A stretch of DNA of 64,000 nucleotides from Escherichia phage V18, in sequence record NC_041937.1. One strand, 5' to 3'. Every line of letters starts with the position of its first letter. Position 1 is the first letter of the stretch. A program made the translations under genes and the position numbers. This document shows, piece after piece, positions 46,319-56,053 of this stretch. The notes below the pieces were generated by a model that was given only the letters and a program-made list of their open reading frames with translations, was not told the DNA's origin and did no database searches.

Positions 46319-47407
46319 ATGGCTGTATTTAATGCTGAGAACACCGCTCATAAAACTGGTGACTATCCGCTGTTTTTAGGACAGCAAATGGGTATGTACG
46401 ACTCTATCAACAAAAAATATCCACAACTGTTTGAACTATACAAAAAACAAAAAGAACAAGATTGGGCAGAGGATGAAGTGGATTTGTCGCAATCTATTTC
46501 AGATTTTGTAACATGCTCAAAGTCAACTTATGACGTGATGGTACAGACCTTGATGTGGCAATGGGAGGCTGATAGCGTTGCGGCAAGATCGATCATCTGC
46601 CTCTTTTCACCGTTCATCACTAATAGTGAGCTTTTCACTCTATTGATGAAACAGTCGGAGATTGAAGTTCTTCACGCACTAACTTACTCAGAGATTGTTA
46701 GACAATGCCTCCCCAATGCCCGTGAGATTATAGAAGAGATTCAGGAAAACCAAAACGTTCTGAGCAGATCCGGTGTTATTGTCAAATACATGCAAGAGCT
46801 AGAGGTTATTGGTGCAAAATACCGACTGGATCCTTCTAGTGTTGAAGAAGATGTTGTGCGGAAATGCATTCTTAGAGCGCTTTTTGCACTTTTAGCTCTG
46901 GAAAGTATTGAGTTTATTGCAAGTTTTGCATGCACTTTCGCAGTAGCTGAACAGGGTATCTTTGTTCAGGTGGCGCAGCTTGTTCAAAAAATCATGCTTG
47001 ACGAAATGCTACATTCGAAAGGTGATTTTGCCATCATTGATATCTTGCTTAACGATCCCGCATGGGAGAAAAGCTTCCTGGAGATAAAAGGGGAGTTAAA
47101 AGAGATTCTTGATGAAGTACGAACCAAAGAGTACGGTTGGAGTGACTATATTTTCAGCGAAGGAAGAGCGATTATAGGTCTTAACTCACCGTTGCTTAAA
47201 GAATGGGTTGACTATAACTGCTCACCGATTTATGATTACTACGACATCGACAAAGACTTTGTGCCGCCAACAAAGGACCCGCTACCGTTTATGCAGGTGT
47301 GGATGAAACCTTCATTGCAACAGACGGCGAACCAAGAAATGTCGAACACTGACTACCGCGTCAACACAACTGTTAACGACGCTGAAGAAGAAATTTGGGA
47401 GTTTTAA
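46319..47407 (+). CDS. nrdB: ribonucleoside-diphosphate reductase beta subunit
   Basis: 362 aa helical protein immediately after nrdA terminator; size and position typical of NrdB. Confidence 0.8.
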   Translation: MAVFNAENTAHKTGDYPLFLGQQMGMYDSINKKYPQLFELYKKQKEQDWAEDEVDLSQSISDFVTCSKSTYDVMVQTLMWQWEADSVAARSIICLFSPFITNSELFTLLMKQSEIEVLHALTYSEIVRQCLPNAREIIEEIQENQNVLSRSGVIVKYMQELEVIGAKYRLDPSSVEEDVVRKCILRALFALLALESIEFIASFACTFAVAEQGIFVQVAQLVQKIMLDEMLHSKGDFAIIDILLNDPAWEKSFLEIKGELKEILDEVRTKEYGWSDYIFSEGRAIIGLNSPLLKEWVDYNCSPIYDYYDIDKDFVPPTKDPLPFMQVWMKPSLQQTANQEMSNTDYRVNTTVNDAEEEIWEF

Positions 47408-47410
47408 TAT

Positions 47411-47689
47411 ATGAGCTGCGAAAAATCTTTTTTCATCATCATTTACGGTAAGGATAACTGCCCACACTGTGTCAGAGCAAAAGAATTTGCAATCAGCAAA
47501 GGTCTGCCTTTTGTATATAAGACACTTGGCGATGGCTACACAAAAGAAGAGCTTATTGAGAAGTGTAGTCCAATTGTCCCCAGAACGTTGCCGCAGATCT
47601 TCTTAGAAAGCGATCTTGACAGTATCCATATAGGCGGTGCCGACGATTTCATCTCTTTTGTTAAGAATGGTTTTGGAGAGAAAAAGTGA
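47411..47689 (+). CDS. glutaredoxin/thioredoxin-like protein
   Basis: 92 aa; redox motif YGKDNCPHCVRAK (CPHC). Confidence 0.65.
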   Translation: MSCEKSFFIIIYGKDNCPHCVRAKEFAISKGLPFVYKTLGDGYTKEELIEKCSPIVPRTLPQIFLESDLDSIHIGGADDFISFVKNGFGEKK

Positions 47690-49808
47690 AAGTTGTAAAA
47701 CGGGACGGTAGAGAAGAGTTCTATAACGGAATTAAGGTGATCAAGGCGGCAGAGTCCGCCTTACTTGAGTCTGGACATACTGAAGAAGAAGCTTACCGGA
47801 TCGCCTGCGCGGTTAATGAAGTTGTTGCTAACAATCTACCAACCGACCAGTGCACGATCTCTGTAAAAAATATCCATATCCTTGTTGAAGATGCTCTTAT
47901 GGATATGGGTTTAAAATGTGCAGCCAGAGAATACATCCAGTATAGACAGACAAGAGATAATAACAGAGAGGCAGGTGGAAAACTGCTTGCAGATATTAGT
48001 GGCTTCTTGGATCGAACTTGTGATGAATTTACAAAAGAAAACGCAAATAAGCCCACTAATCATGTACACACTCATCGTGACCTGCTTGCAGGCATCCTTA
48101 GCAAACACCTTGCATCAACACAGATCCTGCCAGACCGTGTTTCAGAAGAGCACAATAAAGGCTTCATCCATGTGCATGATCTTGACTACTTGATCAGTCC
48201 GTTAACAAACTGTTGTTTGGTAAATTATCCAGATATGTTGGAAAACGGATTCAACATTGGCAACGCCCATGTCAGTAAGCCGAAGTCAATAGGGGTTGCA
48301 ACAACAATCCTTAGCCAAATCTCTAGTGCGGTAGCTAGTGCTCAATATGGTGGTCAGACTATGAGCCATATTGATCATTATCTGGCACAGTATGCTGAAG
48401 CGACCTATGAGAAGAACCTTAAATTTTGCCAGGAACATTGGTTGCCAGATGCTGAGACTGTTGCAATGCAAATGACAGATAAAGACGTGTTTGACAGCAT
48501 GCAGACGTTGCTTTATCAGATCAACACACTAACCTCGGTAAACGGTAACCCCTTTTATCACATTAAGTTTAGGTTTGGACACTTCGGTCTTTGGTAGAAT
48601 GATTACCAAAAACTACCTGAAAGTCCACAAAATGGGTCTTGGTGAAGAACGTATTACACCTGTGTTCCCTAAAGTGCTGTTCTTCCTAGAAGAGGGTGTC
48701 AACATGAACCCTGGGGATCCTAACTACGATTTGAAACGATTAGCTCTGGAATGCTGTGCAGAACGTATCTACCTGACTTCGTATCTGTACCACTAAATAG
48801 AAAAGTGACAGGCTCGACAGATGGCAAAGTAACGAGCATGGGATATGTAGAAGTTTCTTATCGAAATATAGCGACCCTGTAACAGGCGAGGAGAAATACC
48901 TTGGCAGATTTAACTTAGGCGTTGTTAGCCTTAACCTGCCAATGATTGCGGCAAAAGCTAAGACGGAAGGTGTTGATTTCTTTGCAGTTCTTGACGAATA
49001 CTTGGATCTTGCATACGAGGCTCACCTTGTAAGGGTTAATCGTCTAAAAGGAACAAAGGCGGGGCAGAACCCCATCATGTGGTGTGAAGGCGCTCTTGCT
49101 CGCCTGGATCCCGAAGAGAGTATTGATAAACTCTTCTATGACGGGTACGCTTCCATCAGTATTGGGTATATCGGTGTGTATGAAACCTGTCAGATTTTGG
49201 GTAGAGAAGGCGACAAGGCTTTAGCTCTTGGAATCCTTCAGCACATGAGAGATGCTTGTGAGCGATACAAGAAGGAAAGTAGACTAGCATTTAGCTTGTA
49301 CGGCACTCCTTCTGAGAGTCTATGCTATAAAGCTGCAACCTGTCTGGATCGTGAATATCCGGAAGTGTTGAAGCACGAGCATGAATATCTCACCAACAGT
49401 TTCCATCAGCCAGTATGGATAAATAGCTCTCCTTTTGATAAGTGGGAGTATGAGGAAGGTTTTGCTATGATCTCCTCTGGTGGCAACATCGGATACGTAG
49501 AGACACCTAACCTGAAAAACAACCTGGATGCTTTAGAGGCCCTTGTTGACTTCGGGTATAAACACATTATGTATTTTGGTATTAACCAACCTGTAGATAA
49601 ATGTCTCAAGTGTGGTTTCTCTGGTGAGTTCAGTGCAACAGCTAAAGGCTTTGTATGCCCAGAGTGTGGAAACCATGAAGAGGGAACGATCAGTGTAATT
49701 CGACGTGTGTCTGGATACCTTTCCAGTCCTAACTCCCGTCCTTACAATAAAGGTAAGCAAGCGGAAGTTATCGAGCGAGTTAAGCACTACGGAAGTTGTG
49801 GTTGCTGA
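47686..49808 (+). CDS. nrdD: anaerobic ribonucleoside-triphosphate reductase, interrupted by three frame changes
   Basis: N-terminal ATP-cone; segments resembling E. coli NrdD (ERIYPDF...KVTGS, CRSFL, RFNLGVVSLNLPMIA, glycyl-radical RVSGYL, CxxC zinc ribbon) lie in frames 1, 2, 1 and 0. Confidence 0.7.
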
Positions 49809-49871
49809 TTCTTGACAAAAGCCACAAGGATGTGGCATATTATTGACACACAGTGAGCTAGGAGGTGCAGT

Positions 49872-49985
49872 ATGTCATCAGGTATTTATAAAATTTGCAA
49901 GTGTGGTTGTCGTTGCAATCTTCGTTGGTGCAAGGCACTAGACGATTTTATTTGGCATTGCCCTAAATGTGATGCGGAGTATCTA
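49872..49985 (+). CDS. small Cys-rich zinc-ribbon protein (37 aa)
   Basis: MSSGIYKICKCGCRCNLRWCKALDDFIWHCPKCDAEYL; AGGAGG RBS; stop overlaps nrdG start. Confidence 0.3.
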
Positions 49986-50458
49986 TGAACATTGTCGGAT
50001 ACACAGAAATATCTTACACCGAAGGGCCAGGTATTAGAACTGCCTTGTGGGTATCTGGGTGCCCACACGCTTGCCCTGGTTGCTTTAATCAGGCATTTTG
50101 GTCAAAAGATAAGGGGAGGGAGTTCACTGAAGAAGATTTGCAAAAAATCTTGTCAGATTTAGATAACCTGTCTGTGTGCGGTATCTCTCTGCTGGGTGGA
50201 GAACCCTTAGCATACTATAATGAGCCAGATATTATTAGCCTGATGGAGAAAATTAAGGAAAAATTTGGTGACAAGAAAACTATTCTTGTATATACTGGGT
50301 TCACATTTGACCATATCTCTAGTGATGTTCTTAAACTGGCTGATATCATCATTGACGGTAAGTATGTAAAAGATTTACCAACCAAGAAACCGTTCCGAGG
50401 CAGCGATAACCAAAGAATGTTTAAAAAAGTAGCAGGCGGTTGGGTTCAGGTAGACTAG
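49985..50458 (+). CDS. nrdG: anaerobic ribonucleotide reductase activating protein (radical SAM)
   Basis: Cys cluster GCPHACPGC near N-terminus; 157 aa; adjacent to nrdD. Confidence 0.75.
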   Translation: MNIVGYTEISYTEGPGIRTALWVSGCPHACPGCFNQAFWSKDKGREFTEEDLQKILSDLDNLSVCGISLLGGEPLAYYNEPDIISLMEKIKEKFGDKKTILVYTGFTFDHISSDVLKLADIIIDGKYVKDLPTKKPFRGSDNQRMFKKVAGGWVQVD

Positions 50459-50461
50459 TTG

Positions 50462-50491
50462 TTGACAAAGCTTGGTTTAGATAGGTATAAT
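50462..50491 (+). promoter_or_regulatory. sigma70-like promoter
   Basis: TTGACA-N18-TATAAT upstream of small basic ORF. Confidence 0.5.
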
Positions 50492-50522
50492 TATCGTAAA
50501 ATGAAAGCAGAGGAGGTGCCAA

Positions 50523-50636
50523 ATGGCTAAAAAAGCCTTGAAGAAGGCGTACAAAAAAGAGATTGCGCTTGAGCTTAAGAAAAAACACAAGCGTGAAAAG
50601 AAACATCATGAAGATGAAGAGGGGGTGCAACAGTGA
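50523..50636 (+). CDS. small basic protein (37 aa)
   Basis: MAKKALKKAYKKEIALELKKKHKREKKHHEDEEGVQQ; AGAGGAGG RBS; directly after promoter 50462-50491. Confidence 0.3.
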   Translation: MAKKALKKAYKKEIALELKKKHKREKKHHEDEEGVQQ

Positions 50637-50983
50637 CACAAGAACGTATCGATTTGGCTAATAAGTTTGTAGATCTCATTTTGCCACGGTTAGTTACTCA
50701 ACATGCAGATGCTATTTCTACTAATCTTGATGGCTTACGCCTAATGCTGAATCGCACAGATGACCCTCGTATTCGGGCTGATTTAGAAGCCTCTGCCAAC
50801 AAACTGGAAAAGTTCTTGCAAGTAGACACGCAAGAAGCCTTACACAAGATTATGGTGGAAGGTTTCTCTAAAGAATTTACCATTAAAGAGCTTAAGGAGC
50901 TGATCCACCAAGAAGAGATGAATATCCGAGTTCAGGCTGTTGCAAGCAGCATGGAAGCGGCTATTGAAAAACTGTTGCAGTAA
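50633..50983 (+). CDS. hypothetical helical protein
   Basis: 116 aa ORF coupled to upstream small ORF. Confidence 0.4.
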   Translation: MTQERIDLANKFVDLILPRLVTQHADAISTNLDGLRLMLNRTDDPRIRADLEASANKLEKFLQVDTQEALHKIMVEGFSKEFTIKELKELIHQEEMNIRVQAVASSMEAAIEKLLQ

Positions 50984-51021
50984 AAGTACTTGGCACATCT
51001 CAATCTGAAAGGAGTCCCAAC

Positions 51022-51809
51022 ATGGGTCGAGCTAAAGAAACAAAACGCATGCGTGATGAAGCTAGAGAGGCTCGCAAATCTGATCGCCTGCGTAAGGCTG
51101 CTGAGAAATTTGCTGACGAACGAGAGCACACTGCTCCAGCTCTCCGACCAATGAATAAGAAGCAGCAAAAGTATCTTGATTACCTAGGGTCGCGTAAAAT
51201 TATCATTGTAAACGGAGTGTTTGGGTCTGGTAAAACATTCATGGCATCTGCTATGCAGGTGACCTTCTGCGTAAGAATGAAATTGATAAGATCATTGTTG
51301 CACGTCCTTACGTTCAGACAGGAAAGACTTCAGGATTTAAACCTGGAAATGCAATGCAGAAACTGTGGCCCTATCTTCGAAGCATGATGGACACGATTTG
51401 TCGTCGTGTTGGCAAAGGTGCTTTTGCCGCAATGCTGGGAGACGGTCAGAACAGCCGTATCGAGATTTGTGAAGTTGAAAGCATTCGTGGTCGTAGTTTC
51501 GATGAGCGATGCTTTGTCCTGATTGACGAGGCACAGCAAACTAACCCTGAAGAAATGTTGTCAATTATCACAAGGATCTCTGATCAAGCCACCCTTGTAA
51601 TTATGGGTGATAATAGCCAACGTGACATCCCTGGTAAATCTGGCCTTGCATGGGTGACGGATTTCTTTACTCGTCATCCAGATCCTGAGGTTGGAATGAT
51701 CAGCTTTGATAGTCCAGACGATGTCGTTCGTTCTGGGTTGGGTCGTCAGATCGCACTCAATCTTATTGAGGATCGTGCAAATCATATTTGGACCCCTGTT
51801 TCCGAGTAA
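51022..51809 (+). CDS. phoH: PhoH-like ATPase, frame change near 51250
   Basis: Walker A GVFGSGKTFMA in first ORF; second frame gives KIIVARPYVQTGKTSGFKPGN ... FVLIDEAQ. Confidence 0.65.
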
Positions 51810-51853
51810 TACAGAAGGGTGGTTATTCCACCCTTAAATATCTAAAACAGTTG

Positions 51854-51882
51854 TTGACAAATAGGTAAGCTTTAGATATTAT
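51854..51882 (+). promoter_or_regulatory. sigma70-like promoter
   Basis: TGTTGACA-N17-TATTAT upstream of ORF 51911. Confidence 0.5.
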
Positions 51883-51910
51883 TATCGGACAAAACAGAGA
51901 GAAGGACAGT

Positions 51911-52222
51911 ATGGCTACAATACAAGAGAAACTGAATAAAATATACTGCCTGTTTGTCTATAACGGCGAGACAATTTTGGCAAATAAAGGATCCAAGAAT
52001 GTGTGGACCAAGGACAGCGGTGGTAATATAATTAACTTAGCGTTGCTACGTGAGCGCCGACACAGATTCTTTATCGAGTCTCGAATTATTGAAAGCAGCA
52101 CTTGCTACAGAACAGGCGATAAAGTAATTGTTGACAATGATACGTGGTATGTGGTAGACTGGCAATCATTGAGTTGTGATGCTTCTGACAATCGTAAGTA
52201 TTCCATAGTGATTGCTAAATAA
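51911..52222 (+). CDS. hypothetical protein
   Basis: 103 aa ORF downstream of promoter 51854-51882. Confidence 0.4.
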   Translation: MATIQEKLNKIYCLFVYNGETILANKGSKNVWTKDSGGNIINLALLRERRHRFFIESRIIESSTCYRTGDKVIVDNDTWYVVDWQSLSCDASDNRKYSIVIAK

Positions 52223-52282
52223 AGGTAAATGTGAATCAGGTTTAAATAAATAGCTTTCAACTTCCAATATTAAGGATTTCTC

Positions 52283-53329
52283 ATGAATTTAACACCTCGC
52301 AGCACCATGGTACACGGCATGAAAGAAAAACAGAACGGTTTCGAACCTATGAGTAATAAAATGTTTGGTATGCCGGGTGGTATCATGGAAACATACAGCT
52401 ACCCAACACCTGTTGTTGACCACGTTCTTTATATCGACGATTTGGAAGACCTGCAGGATCATATGTCTCGTCTGCAGACGATCCGTATGGCTCAGCCGGA
52501 AGAAAGCATTCGGGTGATCATCAATAGCCCTGGGGGTTGCGTGCACATTGCAATGGCTTATCTACAGGCATTCCGCGAGTCTCAGGCAAGCGTTGTTGCA
52601 CATGCTGAAGGGATGTGCTGCTCTGCGGGAACAATCTTATGGCTGGGTTGTAAAGAACGCACTGTGGCTCCGGACACAGAATTTATGTTCCACTACTATC
52701 AAGGTGGCACTTATGGTAATGGTGTGAACATGAATACTCAGGTCAGCTACTGGAAAAAACGTTTTGAACGCCTGATCGAAAAATACTACGGTGGGGTGCT
52801 GACAGAAGATGAGATCGCATCCATCACAGCTGGTGGTGAAGTGTGGTTGGACGGAGAGGAGCTGGCAGCTCGAACTGGAGCCATCATTCTGGATGAAGGC
52901 AACATACAACGCATCCAGAATGGACAAAAACCTAAAAAGCTTCTGGCAAAAGGTGATGAAGGCGTGTTAGGTGAAGCAGGTCTTCCGGAGATTCACCAGT
53001 GCACCTCTTTAGATGAGCTAGTTCATGCTGTTGAATCTGCGAAAGCGGTTGGTTCGAAAGGTGATGTTCACACTGTGTTCCTGAATCTGCAGATGGAAAG
53101 TGGTGAGACCATTAAGATTGCCTTAGGTGAGATTACCTCAGAAGATCTGCAGCGATTCTCTGTCGTTGAACTTCAAGACATTCTGTCCCAATTGAAGACA
53201 ACCCTGAACGGCGGTGAAGAGGTTAAGGTAAAAGATAAGACTCGCAAGCGTCTGGTGGACAATATTATTAAAACAGCAAAAGAACTCAATGAAAAAATCC
53301 TGGGTGCAGGAATTGTCGAAGAAGCTTAA
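52283..53329 (+). CDS. ClpP-like (S14 family) serine protease with long acidic C-terminal extension
   Basis: RVIINSPGG, catalytic-Ser context GMCCSAGT, His context FMFHYYQGG; about 150 aa helical acidic tail; terminator hairpin follows. Confidence 0.65.
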   Translation: MNLTPRSTMVHGMKEKQNGFEPMSNKMFGMPGGIMETYSYPTPVVDHVLYIDDLEDLQDHMSRLQTIRMAQPEESIRVIINSPGGCVHIAMAYLQAFRESQASVVAHAEGMCCSAGTILWLGCKERTVAPDTEFMFHYYQGGTYGNGVNMNTQVSYWKKRFERLIEKYYGGVLTEDEIASITAGGEVWLDGEELAARTGAIILDEGNIQRIQNGQKPKKLLAKGDEGVLGEAGLPEIHQCTSLDELVHAVESAKAVGSKGDVHTVFLNLQMESGETIKIALGEITSEDLQRFSVVELQDILSQLKTTLNGGEEVKVKDKTRKRLVDNIIKTAKELNEKILGAGIVEEA

Positions 53330-53342
53330 ACATTAATTCTAA

Positions 53343-53365
53343 AGCCCTCTTCGGAGGGCTTTTAT
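53343..53365 (+). terminator. rho-independent terminator after ClpP-like gene
   Basis: AGCCCTC-TTCG-GAGGGCT hairpin followed by TTTT. Confidence 0.55.
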
Positions 53366-53380
53366 GATCTGGAGATTTGC

Positions 53381-53914
53381 ATGACTTGTGCTAGAAAACC
53401 TGATGAACAACGTAACGCCTACGATGAGTATGTGACACCGGAGTGGTGTGCAGAAGGGCTGTATGACCTTATTCCGTTCCCAGAAGACTGGACCTACTTA
53501 GAGCCTTGCAGGAATAGTGCCTCAGGTGTGTTCTACTCCCGTATGCCGTTAGGATCTGCATGGGGAGAAATCCAAGAAGGTGTTGACTATCTGAATACAG
53601 AATACAACCATGTTGACTGTATTATCACCAACCCACCATACAGTTTGGCTCGTGAGTTTGTAGACAAGGCGTTGAAAGATGCTGACGTAGTTATTATGCT
53701 TTTGCGTCTTAATTTTCTGGAAAGCAAAGCCAGATTTGAATGGTGGCTTGATAATGCACCTACCACTGTGATCACAATATCTAAGCGTCCATCTTTTCAA
53801 TCAAATGGCAGAACTGACGGGCAAGCATATGCATATTTTGTGTGGGATAAGAAAAACCGTTTAGGCTTGCCGCCATTTATGTGGTTGGCACCACCAGAGG
53901 TAGACCTGAAATGA
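53381..53914 (+). CDS. N6-adenine DNA methyltransferase
   Basis: IITNPPY (motif IV) and YVTPEW; 177 aa. Confidence 0.6.
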   Translation: MTCARKPDEQRNAYDEYVTPEWCAEGLYDLIPFPEDWTYLEPCRNSASGVFYSRMPLGSAWGEIQEGVDYLNTEYNHVDCIITNPPYSLAREFVDKALKDADVVIMLLRLNFLESKARFEWWLDNAPTTVITISKRPSFQSNGRTDGQAYAYFVWDKKNRLGLPPFMWLAPPEVDLK

Positions 53915-54195
53915 AGATGAGTGCTAAGGACAAATTACACCAGTTAGCGCTAAAACGTCCTGTAACGCTCCCTGACGAGCTTAACTCCATTTATGATGCG
54001 ATTGTAGGGGAGATACAAAATAAAGCGTTAGCAGGCTTTCTGGGATGCGGATTTTCGATAAATCTACCCTCGCATCTCTCAGATTACTTCCCGCACATTG
54101 TTGGAGATTTGAGAGCAGGAGGTCTGCAGGTAGATGTTGTTGGCATCTCCCCAGAGAAAAATAACACGGTTGCCTACTTGACAGTAACCTGGTAG
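53881..54195 (+). CDS. hypothetical protein
   Basis: 104 aa ORF overlapping methyltransferase 3' end. Confidence 0.35.
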   Translation: MVGTTRGRPEMKMSAKDKLHQLALKRPVTLPDELNSIYDAIVGEIQNKALAGFLGCGFSINLPSHLSDYFPHIVGDLRAGGLQVDVVGISPEKNNTVAYLTVTW

Positions 54196-54471
54196 TTGTG
54201 TATTGTTGTTCTCAACAAGGGGGAGTCATTTATGTACAAGTCATTTTCAATTTACTCAAGACAGGGGAAACACTACACAGAGATCCTGATCACTCAGAAA
54301 AAATCTGTAGAAGGTGAGTGGGAATATCACCATAAAATGTTGCGTCCAGATTGGGTTTTTGATAGACTTATTGCCATGATCCCTCTTGGAGAAGTATATC
54401 CTCTGACAGGCGGGAGGGATGTTTGGGATTTAATTGCTTACATAGATTCATTTAAGGAGCCCAGTGTATGA
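54196..54471 (+). CDS. hypothetical protein
   Basis: 91 aa ORF. Confidence 0.35.
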   Translation: MCIVVLNKGESFMYKSFSIYSRQGKHYTEILITQKKSVEGEWEYHHKMLRPDWVFDRLIAMIPLGEVYPLTGGRDVWDLIAYIDSFKEPSV

Positions 54472-54869
54472 AGATTGAGATCACCAAAGAAGGCAAGAAA
54501 GTGTCTGGCGACTATGCAACAGTAATTCGGGATTTAATGTTTGAAGCCACCAAGATCGGTACATCTAAAGTTGGTCAAACTGTTAGTGTGCAAAGTAATA
54601 TCGCCACAGGAGAGAAGGTATTCATTGTGGTCAAAGGGCAGGATCCTGTGGAAGGAACAGTGGGCCGAGGAGGTTACCTGTGCATTTCTGAAGAGCCTCG
54701 TATGCTAGTGGCTGACTCCGCTACTATAGGTGGGAAACGTGTGTGCGAGGCGGATGAGGTAATGATTATCCAGCCTGTTGACCCAGATGATCCAGCAACT
54801 TGGGTGGTAGGAAATGAAATCTTCTCTTTAGAAGAGTTATCCTTCCCAGCCCCGCGCTCTGTTCAGTAA
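54468..54869 (+). CDS. hypothetical protein
   Basis: 133 aa ORF, start overlaps upstream stop. Confidence 0.4.
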   Translation: MKIEITKEGKKVSGDYATVIRDLMFEATKIGTSKVGQTVSVQSNIATGEKVFIVVKGQDPVEGTVGRGGYLCISEEPRMLVADSATIGGKRVCEADEVMIIQPVDPDDPATWVVGNEIFSLEELSFPAPRSVQ

Positions 54870-54908
54870 TAATTTATCTTACCAGGGACGGTAGAAGCAG
54901 GAGGTAGC

Positions 54909-55142
54909 ATGAAAGTTAAATTTCTTACAGATTTAGGGTACCCTTCCTTGGTTGACTGTGTTGGTAAAATTGTGGAAGCAAAACGGCTATCTGCAAACGA
55001 GAATGTTGTCCTGGTTAAAGGGAAGGATTTACTAGCTGCAGGTGCAGAGTCTGGCAGGATCTCTCCTGATTATATGTATTACCTATCTTTAAGTAATCTG
55101 CCAGAGCGAGGCGGTAAAGGCCTTGAAGTTGTGGAGGAGTGA
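54909..55142 (+). CDS. small acidic protein, MKVK...DL(L/I)AAGA paralogue family member
   Basis: 77 aa; MKVKFLTD ... DLLAAGA ... LEVVEE; paralogous to 57400-57627 and 57617-57871. Confidence 0.45.
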   Translation: MKVKFLTDLGYPSLVDCVGKIVEAKRLSANENVVLVKGKDLLAAGAESGRISPDYMYYLSLSNLPERGGKGLEVVEE

Positions 55143-55238
55143 CAGGTATGCTTCTGATTAACTGGGAAGACCTCTATGGGCCTTTATGGGAAAAGAGCAT
55201 GTATTTAAAATGGTGCGTTAATTTAGGGAGGCCTTCCA

Positions 55239-55358
55239 GTGTTTCAAGCCATGTTTATTGAGATGCTATCTGGGGTATTGTTACTGGTAGCCATCTTAGG
55301 TGGTGCAGTTCTGATGTATAACTATCTTGAAAAAGGAGACAGCAATGGTAAAAAATAA
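55239..55358 (+). CDS. small membrane peptide (39 aa)
   Basis: GTG start after GGGAGG RBS; single transmembrane helix MLSGVLLLVAILGGAVLMY. Confidence 0.25.
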   Translation: MFQAMFIEMLSGVLLLVAILGGAVLMYNYLEKGDSNGKK

Positions 55359-55530
55359 ATCTTTAGAGCAGGCTGAAAACCTTCTCCACGAGCTGGTAAA
55401 GGAGTGGAAAGTTGAATACTCAGATTTTAATGCACGAGAGGGTGAAGATTATTGGCCTACGGAGCGCTCAGAGGGCGAATGGTATCAAGATTTTATAGAG
55501 TGGTTATATCAGACGTGCGATGAGGGGTGA
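55327..55530 (+). CDS. hypothetical small acidic protein
   Basis: 67 aa ORF. Confidence 0.35.
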   Translation: MKKETAMVKNKSLEQAENLLHELVKEWKVEYSDFNAREGEDYWPTERSEGEWYQDFIEWLYQTCDEG

Positions 55531-55991
55531 CGATGTTTGTTAAATATGTAAAAACGTGCCTCAACAGTCTTGGCAGAGAGCATTGGTACACCTTGCTTGA
55601 AAAAGGGGAAATTTTAACAAAATCTGGAAAGATAACTTTTATACATAGTAAAGGTAAAGACCCGTCACGACTTGTTATAGATGATTACGTTACAGGTGTG
55701 ACGTTCGAGGTCTCTGTGGAGAGGTTAATACGCAGAGCTGGCGGCCCTTATGACCGAAGAGAGTATGTTTTCGATTCCGTTACAGAGATGGGGGAGCATC
55801 CGTCTTTAATGTTCAGGATGGTAATCAGAGATATGAGGTCATCTATAGATAGGATTGTAAAGGACATTAAGGAACCTTTTAGAGTAAAAGTTAAGAAGTT
55901 TTTCGATTCTAAGATTAACATACTCGCCGTTGCACTAGGTGTAGTTCAACTTCTGTTAATTTTGCACTATTTTGAACTACTATTTAAGTAG
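55527..55991 (+). CDS. hypothetical protein with C-terminal hydrophobic segment
   Basis: 154 aa ORF; C-terminal ILAVALGVVQLLLILHYF. Confidence 0.4.
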   Translation: MTMFVKYVKTCLNSLGREHWYTLLEKGEILTKSGKITFIHSKGKDPSRLVIDDYVTGVTFEVSVERLIRRAGGPYDRREYVFDSVTEMGEHPSLMFRMVIRDMRSSIDRIVKDIKEPFRVKVKKFFDSKINILAVALGVVQLLLILHYFELLFK

Positions 55992-56053
55992 TAGTTGAGA
56001 TATGGCACAAAGGATGTGCCATAGTGAAATAAACTAAGAAAGAGGTAGAGAGA

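Noticed and set aside
48597-48942. Group I intron in nrdD, as in T4
   Set aside because: Coding sequence matching NrdD continues through this interval in shifted frames with no inserted block, so the disruptions are single-base frame changes, not an intron
49812-49848. Promoter upstream of the small zinc-ribbon ORF
   Set aside because: TTGACA is present but the best -10 (TATTAT) lies 20 bp away, outside the normal spacer range; too weak to list as a feature
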